DNA from: Patescibacteria group bacterium | GTDB taxonomy: Bacteria; Patescibacteriota; Patescibacteriia; UBA11705; DATKZF01 | Direction: 5' to 3' | Assembly (NCBI GenBank): GCA_049319825.1 | Contig: JBMORT010000002.1 | Location: 204,072 to 268,071 of the forward strand | Length of the DNA stretch: 64,000 bases | Part shown: positions 46,471-55,975 of the stretch, piece by piece | Layout of the letters: every line of letters begins with the position of its first letter | Numbering within the stretch: position 1 is the stretch's first letter | Notes under the pieces: generated by a model | Seen by the model: only the letters and a program-made list of their open reading frames with translations | Databases searched by the model: none | What the model was told of the DNA's origin: nothing | Translations under genes and position numbers: made by a program

Positions 46471-47162
46471 TAGTTTGAATAGTTGAAGACCCGGATTTGG
46501 GTCCTCGCCTTGGCCTTTACCAGCAGTCTGGTGGCCATGGGATTGACCCACATCGGGTCGGTCTTGCCGTTCCAGACGAAGATTCGTCCGGCTTTGGCAA
46601 CGGGCAGTTCCGCCCAGTTGCCGATGTTTTTTTCGTCCGGCACCATCACCATGATGGGCGCGGTGTAGTCGAAGATCTTGGCCAGCACCGGCTTGCCCAT
46701 CCTGATTTCGTAGATGGGGCCGGGCTCGATGTCGGCCTCGAAATCGGGCCGCCAGGCCATGGCCACGGCCGCCGGGCGGTCATTGTCCGTGATCGGACTG
46801 CTGATGCTCAAACCGAACACGCGGTTGAGCATCCCCGGCAGCGCGTAGTTTAGAACCACCAGCGCGCCAATGACGATGGCGATGAATACCACCATCGCCT
46901 TGGCCCAGAACCAGTCTCTGGGCTTTGGCTTTTTGGCCTCGGGCTTTTTGGCCGTTTTCTTGGCATCGGCCTCGGACTTGTCGTCCGTTTTTTGGGTCTG
47001 CGCGTCCGCCTTCGGCCAGGCGCCCAGACACACGAAAAGTCCTGCCACTGCGGCTCCGATCACTGCCCAGACCGCGTAGCCCGGGATGACCTTGAGCCCG
47101 ATGGCCGAGCCGATCAGCGCGACCAGCAGTCCGAACAGAATTGCCATTACCTTCCTTTTCAT
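46470..47162 (-). CDS. membrane protein co-transcribed with SPFH protein (possible NfeD-like partner), GC-rich
   Basis: 3 TM plus Lys-rich linker plus C-terminal soluble domain; GC ~58%. Confidence 0.5.
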   Translation of the reverse strand: MKRKVMAILFGLLVALIGSAIGLKVIPGYAVWAVIGAAVAGLFVCLGAWPKADAQTQKTDDKSEADAKKTAKKPEAKKPKPRDWFWAKAMVVFIAIVIGALVVLNYALPGMLNRVFGLSISSPITDNDRPAAVAMAWRPDFEADIEPGPIYEIRMGKPVLAKIFDYTAPIMVMVPDEKNIGNWAELPVAKAGRIFVWNGKTDPMWVNPMATRLLVKAKARTQIRVFNYSN

Positions 47163-47172
47163 TAAAAACCTC

Positions 47173-48189
47173 CTAGAGGTTGAAGAGTTTCGCGGGATCG
47201 ATCAGGTTCACATTGCCCTGTCCGCCCTTGCCCCAGGCGGCCAGCGCCTGCCACTTGAGCTGCTCAAGCTTGAATCGAGCCAGCTCTGCGCCGGTGACTC
47301 CCAGTTTCCCGAGAGCCTCGGCCTCCTTTTCGAGCGCCTTGACCTGCGCCTGGCCTTCGAGCGCGCTCAGCTCTTCTTTACGGCGAGCGACCTCGATGCT
47401 GGCCTGAATGTCGACCAGCGCAGCCTGACGCTTCTGATGCTCGACCACGACCGCCTTGAGGCTTTCCTCGACCTCGGGGTCGAGGTTGACGTCCTCGATC
47501 AGCACATCAAGGATCTCGATGCCCCACTGATTCTGGATGTCGATCTCATCGGTGGTCGGGTTCAGCAGTCCCTCCCTCATCAGGCGGCTGTTTTCGAGCC
47601 AGTCGATGGCCAGCAGGTTCTCGAACTCGACGTTGATGTCGAGCACGATCTTTTGGAACAACCTGCGGATCAGGTCGTCCACCAGTTCCCGGGCCTTGGT
47701 TTCTTCGGCTCCGCCAATCAGATTTTGCTTGACCTGCAGAAATCTTTCGGCGTTCCGAATGAGGTTCCCCTTCGTCTGGAACCTCAGGTTGAGCGAGATC
47801 TCTTTGGCCACCACCTTGACCGGAGTCTTGATGGCTTTGCCGTCGCTGCCGACCACCGTGTACTGGAGATCGGCTTTGACATCTCGCACATTTAGCGAGA
47901 ATAATTCCGTGGACTGGACGATGCGCTCTTCCCACCAGGGGAAGTAGATCCTCCAGCCCGGGTGTTTCACCGCGATCAGGCCACCGAAACTGACGATAAA
48001 CCAGATTTCGGTGGGTTTGACCATCTCGACCCTGATCATGTTCATGACCAGGATCGCGGCCGCGATGATCGTGCTGCCGATGATCAGCATGTCGCTGACA
48101 TCGATCGGCCGCATGACCCACAGCAAGATCATCTCGCACAAAACAAACAGCCAGAGCAGGGCGAATTTCAACATGCTCGAATAATTCAT
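47173..48189 (-). CDS. SPFH/band-7 (stomatin/flotillin-like) family protein, GC-rich
   Basis: N-terminal TM then SPFH core then long coiled coil; start at second ATG (48189) preceded by GGGAGG. Confidence 0.75.
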   Translation of the reverse strand: MNYSSMLKFALLWLFVLCEMILLWVMRPIDVSDMLIIGSTIIAAAILVMNMIRVEMVKPTEIWFIVSFGGLIAVKHPGWRIYFPWWEERIVQSTELFSLNVRDVKADLQYTVVGSDGKAIKTPVKVVAKEISLNLRFQTKGNLIRNAERFLQVKQNLIGGAEETKARELVDDLIRRLFQKIVLDINVEFENLLAIDWLENSRLMREGLLNPTTDEIDIQNQWGIEILDVLIEDVNLDPEVEESLKAVVVEHQKRQAALVDIQASIEVARRKEELSALEGQAQVKALEKEAEALGKLGVTGAELARFKLEQLKWQALAAWGKGGQGNVNLIDPAKLFNL

Positions 48190-48231
48190 CTGATTCCTCC
48201 CGATTGGTTTAATTTCATCCAAATTCATATT

Positions 48232-48260
48232 ATTATATCATATTTTTTCATTTTTGTCAA
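48232..48260 (-). promoter_or_regulatory. sigma70 promoter TTGACA-17-TATAAT driving GC-rich SPFH operon
   Basis: perfect hexamers, AT-rich host-like context. Confidence 0.6.
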
Positions 48261-48261
48261 T

Positions 48262-48291
48262 TTAGCCAAAAAGAGAGCCGGAGCTCTCTTT
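48262..48291 (-). terminator. terminator AAAGAGAGC-tccg-GCTCTCTTT after pilin-like gene
   Basis: 9-bp stem plus U-run. Confidence 0.5.
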
Positions 48292-48324
48292 GGTATTAGA
48301 TGATTTTTATTCTAAAATTAGCAA

Positions 48325-48825
48325 TTATTGCTGCAATGCTCTAAGAACGAATGAAACCAAGGTATAGCTGAGGAAAATAACAGCCAAACCGATGGCCGCG
48401 TATAGCATGGCCTTCTTGCCTTTGTCAATCCGGCCTTCACTGCCGCCAGAAAACATCCACAGCACGCCGCCGTAGATGAATACGGCCAGAGCGATCGATC
48501 CGGAAACGCCGATAACCGATTTGATGATCCGGCCAATCACCACGTTGATGTCGGTTTGCTCCCCCGGTGTTTTGGCCAGAAAATTTGGTAAAATAATGTC
48601 CGCCGGCGTAGTAGATTGAGCGCCGCCCGGAGCGGGCGGTGTAACTTCCAGCGTGGCGGTGCCGCCCGGAACCTCGCCGGTCTGCGTGCCGCCGCCTTCA
48701 CCGCCCGTTTGAGTGCCGCCGGCGTCCGGCAGAGTTTGAGTCGCCAAAGCCAATGGCGCTGATGCGATCACCAGAGAAAATAGCAAAATTGTCGGAATTA
48801 ATAAATGGATTGTTTTGGTTTTCAT
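48325..48825 (-). CDS. TrbC/VirB2-like pilin-family protein
   Basis: signal peptide, G/T/P-rich repeats, two C-terminal TM helices with GGSEGRIDKGKK loop; internal Met start at 48825. Confidence 0.6.
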   Translation of the reverse strand: MKTKTIHLLIPTILLFSLVIASAPLALATQTLPDAGGTQTGGEGGGTQTGEVPGGTATLEVTPPAPGGAQSTTPADIILPNFLAKTPGEQTDINVVIGRIIKSVIGVSGSIALAVFIYGGVLWMFSGGSEGRIDKGKKAMLYAAIGLAVIFLSYTLVSFVLRALQQ

Positions 48826-48827
48826 AT

Positions 48828-50276
48828 TTATGTGCTGGGAATTATTTTTTTCCATGTTGATTTTTTAAAACTGCTGATATGCGTTTTGGCCGTTCGTGTT
48901 TTGACGAATTTAAGCCACTGGGGATTTGGACCCTTGCGGTGCTTGTCGATGATGATGTCAACGACATCGCCGTTTTTAAGCTTGGCGTCGAGCGGCACCT
49001 GCTGATCGTTAACGCTAGCGCTGCCGCATTTATTGCCGATATCCGAATGTATTTCATAGGCGAAATCAACCGGGGTGGCGCCTTCGGGCAGATCGATAAC
49101 GTCGCCTTTTGGTGTGAAAACAAAAATTCTATTTTGGAAAAAATCTATTTTGACCGTTTCTAAAAAATTTTCATCGTCTTTAATTTCTTTTTGCCATTTC
49201 GCCAACTCATCGACCCAGCCCAAATCTTCAATTTTTGTTTTTCCTCCCTTTTCTTTATATTTCCAGTGTGAGGCGATGCCGAATTCCGCTTGCTCGTGCA
49301 TCTGCGGCGTGCGAATTTGGAATTCAACCTGCTCGTGATTGTCGCCGAATACGGTGGTATGCAGCGATTGATAACCGTTCGGCTTTGGCTGGGCGATATA
49401 ATCTTTTATTCTGCCTTTAACCGGCTTCCATAAGCTGTGAATAATGCCCAGCGCCGCGTAGCAATCGGCAATATCCTTAACGATGATTCGCGCCGCCACC
49501 AAATCGTAGATGTGATTGATGTCTTTTTCGTTTTTTATCAATTTGCGGTAAAGGCTGTAATAATGCTTCGTGCGGCTGTACACGTCCAGATAGTGGACGT
49601 TATTTTCTTTCAATTTCCGTTTTAATTTATTAAGCATTGATTCCAGCGCGCGTTCTTTGATCGGCAGCCCCTTTTTTATTAAACCCTCCACCCAAATATA
49701 TTCATCGGGAAAACCGTATTTGAACGCCTCATCCTCCAGCTTGCCTTGCAATTCTCCCATGCCCAGCCGATTGGCGATCGGCGCGTAGATTTCCAGCACT
49801 TCCATGGCGATGCGTTTTTGTTTATCCGCCGGCAGCGCGTAGAGCGTTCTTAAATTGTGAAGCCGATCGGCGAATTTGATGATGATCACCCGAATGTCTT
49901 TGGCCATGGCCACGAACATTTTGCGCAAATTTTCAACATAGCGTTTCATGCCGCGGTATTTGACGGTGCCGAGCTTGGTAATGCCATCGACCATGTCGGC
50001 GACGTCAGCGCCGAAATTTTGTTTGATGTCTTCCAGCGTGTATTCGGTGTCTTCCGGAACATCATGAAGCAAGCCGGCGATTATTATATTTTGATTGACC
50101 CCAAGATCGGCGAGGTTTTGGGCGGTGGCCAGCGCGTGATCAATATAGTCGACACCGGTGGCGCGGCGCTGGCCGGCGTGCGCTGTTTTCGCAAATTCAT
50201 AAGCCAGCTCGATCAGCGCCAGATCGGCTTTGGGGTCATACTTTTTAACGGTTGTCAGCAATTTGCGAATGGTCAT
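48828..50276 (-). CDS. rel: Rel/SpoT-family (p)ppGpp synthetase/hydrolase (HD intact) with TGS domain, no ACT
   Basis: HD motif LLHDVPEDT, synthetase YQSLHTTV..RTPQMH, TGS TPKGDVIDLP.GATP.DFAY. Confidence 0.85.
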   Translation of the reverse strand: MTIRKLLTTVKKYDPKADLALIELAYEFAKTAHAGQRRATGVDYIDHALATAQNLADLGVNQNIIIAGLLHDVPEDTEYTLEDIKQNFGADVADMVDGITKLGTVKYRGMKRYVENLRKMFVAMAKDIRVIIIKFADRLHNLRTLYALPADKQKRIAMEVLEIYAPIANRLGMGELQGKLEDEAFKYGFPDEYIWVEGLIKKGLPIKERALESMLNKLKRKLKENNVHYLDVYSRTKHYYSLYRKLIKNEKDINHIYDLVAARIIVKDIADCYAALGIIHSLWKPVKGRIKDYIAQPKPNGYQSLHTTVFGDNHEQVEFQIRTPQMHEQAEFGIASHWKYKEKGGKTKIEDLGWVDELAKWQKEIKDDENFLETVKIDFFQNRIFVFTPKGDVIDLPEGATPVDFAYEIHSDIGNKCGSASVNDQQVPLDAKLKNGDVVDIIIDKHRKGPNPQWLKFVKTRTAKTHISSFKKSTWKKIIPST

Positions 50277-50283
50277 AATTATA

Positions 50284-51912
50284 TTATAGCAGATCTTTAG
50301 TTGAAGCGTATTTAGTTATCATCTTTTTGGCCAAATTTGATTTCACGAAATTCAGCCAAGCCGGATCAGGGCCTTCGGAATTGATGTCCGGAATGATTTC
50401 CACCACGTCCTCATTTTCCAGCTTGCGACTGAGCTCGGCCGGTTGATTGTTTACCAGCGCGAACTTGCAGAAATGTCCCAGATCCGAATGGATATGATAG
50501 GCAAAATCCACCGGCGTGGCCCCCTGCGGCAGGGATATAATATCGCCCTTTGGCGTGTACACGTAAATTTTTTCTTGGAATATTTTGCTCAGCTCCTCGT
50601 CCCAGATATTTTTTTGGGAAAATAGGCTGCTGGCTCGGAGTAAACGCTTGGCCCAGTCGTTTTCCACGGCCGCGCCATCTTTATAGAATAAATGAGCGGC
50701 GACGCCATATTGAGCTTGGTGATGCATGTCATGGGTTCTAATTTGAAATTCGGTCAGACGATTGCCCGGGCCGATGACTGTCGTGTGCAAAGTTTGATAG
50801 CCGTTTTCTTTCGGCGCGGCAATATAATCCTTGATTCTCTTGTGCACCGGCGGCCAGAGGCCGTGAATGATGCGCATCATCAAGTAGCATTCATCGACGG
50901 TATTAACGATGACGCGCAGTGCGAACACATCGTAAATTTCATTGAATGTTTTTTGTTTGGTTTTCATTTTTTGGTAGATGCTGTAGTAGTGCTTAAAACG
51001 GCCGTTGACTTCACAGTTGATGTTGTTCTTTTCCGCTTCTCGCTGCACGGCCTTTTTCAGTTTATTAATGTATTTATCCCTGATTTTTTTATTCTCTTTG
51101 CCGAATTTGTCGGCGATTTTTTGATATTCTTTGGGCTGCAGGATGCGGAATGCGTGATCCTCCAGCTGCCAGCGTACGCGCCAAATGCCCAGCATGTTGG
51201 CGATGGGTGCTAAAATTTCCTTGGCTTGTTTGGCCAAAAGATATTTGTCTTCAAGCGCGATTTTCTCGTCGTTGCCTAGCGAATCGAGCATCGAGGCCAT
51301 CTTGATGAAAATAACGCGAACATCTTGCGCCATTACCAACATCAGTTCTTTGATGTTGTTGTTGAAACTTTTCGTTTTATTGGCCAAGTGATTTATTTTT
51401 CTGTATTTTTTTAATATTTCCAGCGCGTGATTGCCCAGCTCCTTCTTTATCATCGGATCAAAATCATCGATTTCGTTTTCCAAATCGACATGATGGAGCA
51501 TGCTGGCGGCGATAGTGATCGCGTCAACCTTCATCGTGCTCAACAGCTGCGAAGTGTTGACTGAGTGCCAAAAAAACATTCGGTGACGTTTTTGATCCTG
51601 GCCGTTAAAATATTGATCAATGTAATCCAGCACGATTACAATTTTATAATTGTCTCTGCCAATGATTTTTTCTATTTCCGATCTTTTTTCAGGAGAGACT
51701 TGGTTGATTTTAAAAATCGCTGATGAGGCGATAAAAAAAGGAGAAGCATTGGCCATTGCCAGCTTCTCCGCCAGTATTAATTGTTTTTCGTAGGTTTCTT
51801 TGGTGATTATGTTTGCGTTTAGGCATTTTTCCAAATAATTCAAAGCTTCGCCCAATATTTCCGCATCAGGCCTATTTTTTTCGATGAATTCCTGGAGCGT
51901 TTTATTACCCAT
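50284..51912 (-). CDS. RelA-like paralog with degenerate HD domain, synthetase and TGS
   Basis: HD replaced by MLHHVDLE; synthetase YQTLHTTV..RTHDMH; TGS present. Confidence 0.8.
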   Translation of the reverse strand: MGNKTLQEFIEKNRPDAEILGEALNYLEKCLNANIITKETYEKQLILAEKLAMANASPFFIASSAIFKINQVSPEKRSEIEKIIGRDNYKIVIVLDYIDQYFNGQDQKRHRMFFWHSVNTSQLLSTMKVDAITIAASMLHHVDLENEIDDFDPMIKKELGNHALEILKKYRKINHLANKTKSFNNNIKELMLVMAQDVRVIFIKMASMLDSLGNDEKIALEDKYLLAKQAKEILAPIANMLGIWRVRWQLEDHAFRILQPKEYQKIADKFGKENKKIRDKYINKLKKAVQREAEKNNINCEVNGRFKHYYSIYQKMKTKQKTFNEIYDVFALRVIVNTVDECYLMMRIIHGLWPPVHKRIKDYIAAPKENGYQTLHTTVIGPGNRLTEFQIRTHDMHHQAQYGVAAHLFYKDGAAVENDWAKRLLRASSLFSQKNIWDEELSKIFQEKIYVYTPKGDIISLPQGATPVDFAYHIHSDLGHFCKFALVNNQPAELSRKLENEDVVEIIPDINSEGPDPAWLNFVKSNLAKKMITKYASTKDLL

Positions 51913-52029
51913 ATGATCTTAATACTATTATAACAGATTTAGGCGAATGTCAAATACGTTTCAGTTGTAATAAAAAGGCAATAGGCAATAGGCAGTAGGC
52001 AGTAGACGACTGACATATGCGCCGAACTA

Positions 52030-52058
52030 TTGACAACCTTTGAAAAGTTTGCTACAAT
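52030..52058 (+). promoter_or_regulatory. sigma70 promoter TTGACA-17-TACAAT
   Basis: in 880-bp non-coding region. Confidence 0.5.
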
Positions 52059-52064
52059 GTAATT

Positions 52065-52134
52065 GTTGATGCGTTGGGAGTATCCCAATGACGCAGACAC
52101 TCCTCGGAAGTTTTCCTACGAGGAGTGTTTTGTT
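52065..52134 (+). ncRNA. candidate ~70-nt small RNA (two hairpins plus U-tail)
   Basis: hairpin TTGGGA-gta-TCCCAA then CACTCCTCG-12nt-CGAGGAGTG followed by TTTTGTT. Confidence 0.35.
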
Positions 52135-52795
52135 ATTACGAATTTTCCATACTAGAAGATAAAGCATAGCTATGTTTTTGTTACAAATATTACGAATTTT
52201 ACGAATTACAACCACTAATTTGGGAAATCGTAATTTTGTTACGAATTACAATCACTTTCGAGATTTAGGAATTCGAGCTTCACAATCCCTGAATCAAACT
52301 CGGTTTTGATCCATCATCCATGTTCCATGATTCAAGACTTTATCAACAATTCAATTTTTGCATTTCAATTCATATTTGATAAAATAAAGCCGAGGGTCGC
52401 CGGAAACCCTAGCATCAACAATGTCATTGGGGTTACAATCCGGTACCCTCACTGTATTCGATATAAAAAATACAAAATTTGAAATTGGGGATAGACAATG
52501 GAAATCTCCTGTTTCTAAATATTCTTCAGTCAACTCAATATCTCTCAAATCCTTATCCTTGCCTGATGGCTCGCGCAGTAGTTTGTCAGATTCGCTTAAT
52601 CGGGCAATATAAAAAAACAGGACGCCGGGTCCTGATTTTATATTGGGAATTGGAAACTGGAAATTAGAAATTGGGAAAATGTCTACGGATCTATGAAAAA
52701 ATGGATCAACGGATTGCAAACACATATAACATATAACTGATGAATAAATCATTGTTATTTGTTTCATGCTTCATGCTTCATGCTCCATGGACAAA

Positions 52796-55021
52796 TTATT
52801 CCTTCTCCGCCTTCTCAGTATGCTTACATTCCTTATTCGAACATTTGACGGTGCCTTTCGGACCGAATACAAGCTGCGAGCCGCAGTCCGGGCATTTTTT
52901 ATCAACCGGTTTTGACCAATATACGTTCTTGCATTCAGGATAGTTTGAACAGCCGTAAAAAGTCTTGCCGCGCTTTGATCTCCTTTCAATAATTTCGCCT
53001 TTGCCGCATTCGGGACATTTAACGCCCGTTGACTTCACGATCGGCTTGATGTTTTTGCATTCCGGATATTTCGAGCAGCCTAAAAATTTGCCGTAGCGGC
53101 CGTGCTTGATCACCATTGGCGCGCCGCATTTGTCGCAAATCTCATTAGTGGCTTCCGGCTCTTCGGTTTTTATTTCTCCATTAGTCGAAACGATGTTTTT
53201 AGTGTTTTTGCATTCAGGATAATTGGAACAGGCCAAAAATTTTCCGAAGCGGCCCATCTTAATAACCATGGGCGATCCGCATTTTTCGCAAATTTCCTTA
53301 GTCTCTTCTTCGGTAATTTCTTTTTTCGAAACTTCTTTTTCTTTTTTCTCCAAGTTTTTTTCGAATGGATTATAAAATTCATCGATTACTGGCTGCCATT
53401 CTTTTTTTCCTTCGGCGATTTTGTCTAAGTCTTCCTCCATATGAGCGGTGAAATCATAGTCAACGATATTTGGGAAATGAGCGACCAAAAGGTCATTGAC
53501 CACGAAAGCCATGTCTGTTGGCACAAGCTTTTTATCCTCTTTGACCACGTAGTTTCTGTCCTGGATAGTGGCAATGGTAGGCGCGTAAGTGGAAGGCCGA
53601 CCAATGCCGCGCTCTTCGAGCGCTTTGACCAGAGCGGCTTCCGTGTAGCGCGCCGGCGGCTGGGTAAAGTGCTGGAGCGGCTCGATTTTTTTGGCTTCGA
53701 CCGGATCTTTTTCCTTGAGCGCTGGCAAAATAGTTTCCTTGGTGTCTGTGGAATACACTTTTTGCCAGCCCGGGAATTTTATTTGCACGCCATTGGCGCG
53801 GAAAGTGAATTCACCTTTGGCGTTTTCGATATCAACAGCGGTCTGATCGAGCTTGGCATCAGCCATCTGGCTGGCCAGCGATCGCGACCAGATCAGATTG
53901 TAAAGCTTGTATTGATTATTATTTAAAAATTGTTTGATCGAGTCAGGTGTTCTGTCCGCTTGGGTCGGTCTGATGGCTTCATGAGCTTCTTGAGCGCCTT
54001 TTGATTTTTTATAAGCGCGGGCAGCCGGTCCCAGATACTCTTTGCCGAATTCGGATTCAATGAATTTTTTTACGCCGTCTTTGAATTCATCAGATAAATT
54101 CAAAGAGTCGGTTCTCATATAGGTGATCAAACCTGTTGATCCTTCCGATCCCAGCTCAATACCTTCATAAAGCTGCTGAGCCAGCATCATTGTTTGCTTG
54201 GCGGAAAAGCCGAGCTTGCTATTGGCTTCCTGCTGCAGCGTGGAGGTCTTAAATGGCGTCGGCGCTTTTTTAGCGGTTTCTTTGATTTCTACCTTGGCGA
54301 TTTTATAATCCTGCTTTTCAAGCTTGGCCAAAAGCTCCTTGGCCTGCTTTTCATTTTTAATATCCAGCTTCTTTAATGTCTTGCCGTCAACTTTATAAAG
54401 CTTGGCAGAAAATTCATTATTGTCTTTGGCAAATACAGCTTCGATCGTCCAATATTCTTCTTTTTTAAAAGCCTTAATTTCCCGCTCGCGTTCTACTATC
54501 AGGCGGACAGCCACGGACTGGACGCGTCCGGCAGAAAGGCCGCGCGCCACTTTTTTCCAAAGAAAAGGCGACAGCTTGTAGCCGACCAGCCTGTCGAGCA
54601 CGCGCCGCGCCTGCTGGGCGTCGACCAGATGCAAATCAATGTCGCGCGGATGCTCGATTGATTTTTCAATGGCCGACTTGGTTATTTCATGAAAGGTGAT
54701 TCTCTTGGATTTGCCTTTCTTTGGCTTTAAAATATTTTTCAAATGCCAGGCAATGGCTTCGCCTTCGCGGTCCTCGTCAGTCGCGAAGTATATCTCATCC
54801 GATTTTTTAGCCGCTTCTTTTAAGGCGTTGACAGCCTTTCTGGCCTTGGGAGGAATGACATATTGAGGTTCGTAATTGTTTTCGACGTCAACTCCCATTT
54901 TAGTTTTCGGCAAATCCCGCACATGACCAAAAGAAGACAGGATAGTGTATTCAGCCTTTGGTAAAAATTTGGTAATGGTTTTAGCTTTGGTCGGGGATTC
55001 GACGATGACTAGATTTTTCAT
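52796..55021 (-). CDS. topA: DNA topoisomerase I with C-terminal zinc ribbons
   Basis: Toprim plus Topo IA core plus four C4 zinc ribbons. Confidence 0.9.
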   Translation of the reverse strand: MKNLVIVESPTKAKTITKFLPKAEYTILSSFGHVRDLPKTKMGVDVENNYEPQYVIPPKARKAVNALKEAAKKSDEIYFATDEDREGEAIAWHLKNILKPKKGKSKRITFHEITKSAIEKSIEHPRDIDLHLVDAQQARRVLDRLVGYKLSPFLWKKVARGLSAGRVQSVAVRLIVEREREIKAFKKEEYWTIEAVFAKDNNEFSAKLYKVDGKTLKKLDIKNEKQAKELLAKLEKQDYKIAKVEIKETAKKAPTPFKTSTLQQEANSKLGFSAKQTMMLAQQLYEGIELGSEGSTGLITYMRTDSLNLSDEFKDGVKKFIESEFGKEYLGPAARAYKKSKGAQEAHEAIRPTQADRTPDSIKQFLNNNQYKLYNLIWSRSLASQMADAKLDQTAVDIENAKGEFTFRANGVQIKFPGWQKVYSTDTKETILPALKEKDPVEAKKIEPLQHFTQPPARYTEAALVKALEERGIGRPSTYAPTIATIQDRNYVVKEDKKLVPTDMAFVVNDLLVAHFPNIVDYDFTAHMEEDLDKIAEGKKEWQPVIDEFYNPFEKNLEKKEKEVSKKEITEEETKEICEKCGSPMVIKMGRFGKFLACSNYPECKNTKNIVSTNGEIKTEEPEATNEICDKCGAPMVIKHGRYGKFLGCSKYPECKNIKPIVKSTGVKCPECGKGEIIERRSKRGKTFYGCSNYPECKNVYWSKPVDKKCPDCGSQLVFGPKGTVKCSNKECKHTEKAEKE

Positions 55022-55282
55022 ATATAAAGGTATCGATGCGAATATTCTAATTATATTGATGATGCGGATTTAACTTTTCTTTATTTGCATGATTGGTATA
55101 ATTCGCATGCATTTGGATATTGGCATCGATTAAAATTTCATTTTGTTAAAATACTGACACTATTTTATAACCTTGTCAAATAAGATTCTGGAAAAGTTGA
55201 TTTTTGAGCGGTATAATCATCAAATTGACAGGTTTTATGTTTTATATTATATTGTTCAATCAGACAGACCAAGGAGGATATC

Positions 55283-55876
55283 ATGAAAGCCAAGCTTGGA
55301 GCGATTTTTCTCCTTTGCCTTTACTGTCGGTGCTCGGGAATATTGTCGGATGATCAGACAACGGTTCAGGTGGAAATTCAAAAGGTTCCGAATGGCTCGC
55401 CAATCGATATCACCGCCAGGTATTTGGCTGAAATAGAGGTTGCTCAGGCAATTGGTGGCGTCTATCCGTTTTTAAGAAACAAATGCCAAGCGCGATCGGT
55501 CATGGTTTATTTCGATAATTATCATGAGTCTGACGACGTGAGTTTCGCGTCGGTTGTGGTCACCCCGTACGGTTCGGAATTATTGTTTGAGTTTTATGTC
55601 AAGGACATGACTCTAATTCGGCGCTACACGCAGGCAATGATGGCGATCGATGTCAGCCGTCGTGAACCGACGCCGGTGCAGGGGCGATCATTTTATTGGG
55701 CCCGCGTGACGCTTGGCCAGCACCTGCCGCTGGAAAGATTGGCGTACTCGCTGAAGCAATTAGACGCGGGCACGCGCTATACACGGCTGCAGTACATTTG
55801 TCGGAATATTTCCGGAAAAAGAATCAAGCAGCTGGAGGGAAAATGGATTCGATACCAGCGCGAGTTCGTAAAATAA
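55283..55876 (+). CDS. hypothetical secreted protein
   Basis: AGGAGG RBS, signal peptide, terminator after stop. Confidence 0.5.
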   Translation: MKAKLGAIFLLCLYCRCSGILSDDQTTVQVEIQKVPNGSPIDITARYLAEIEVAQAIGGVYPFLRNKCQARSVMVYFDNYHESDDVSFASVVVTPYGSELLFEFYVKDMTLIRRYTQAMMAIDVSRREPTPVQGRSFYWARVTLGQHLPLERLAYSLKQLDAGTRYTRLQYICRNISGKRIKQLEGKWIRYQREFVK

Positions 55877-55878
55877 AC

Positions 55879-55907
55879 AGCCCCTCGGAACGCGAAGGGC
55901 TTTTTTG
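55879..55907 (+). terminator. terminator AGCCCCTCG..CGAAGGGCT + T6
   Basis: 9-bp stem with one mismatch. Confidence 0.55.
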
Positions 55908-55975
55908 TTTTGGGAATTGGAAATGGGGAATTGGAAATGGGGTTAATCCTAGTTTCCAATTTTCATTTTTTAGTT

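Noticed and set aside
47546-48139. 197-aa Arg/Gly-rich minus-strand ORF inside the SPFH gene (other frame), and plus-strand ORFs 47086..47895, 47537..47947
   Set aside because: Artefacts of the high GC content of the island. The SPFH frame has a coherent domain structure.
52351-52767. 138-aa minus-strand ORF in the relA-topA gap
   Set aside because: Low-complexity translation spanning repeat arrays, with no RBS. The region is better explained as non-coding.
51913-52795. tmRNA, RNase P RNA or SRP RNA in the long non-coding gaps
   Set aside because: Signature motifs (GGGGCUGAUUCUGGAUUCGAC, AGGAAAGUCCGGGCUCC, SRP domain IV) are not present.
55085-55113. Extended -10 promoter TGGTATAAT upstream of gene 55283
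   Set aside because: The -10 is good but the candidate -35 is only 7 nt away, so the transcriptional start could not be assigned confidently.
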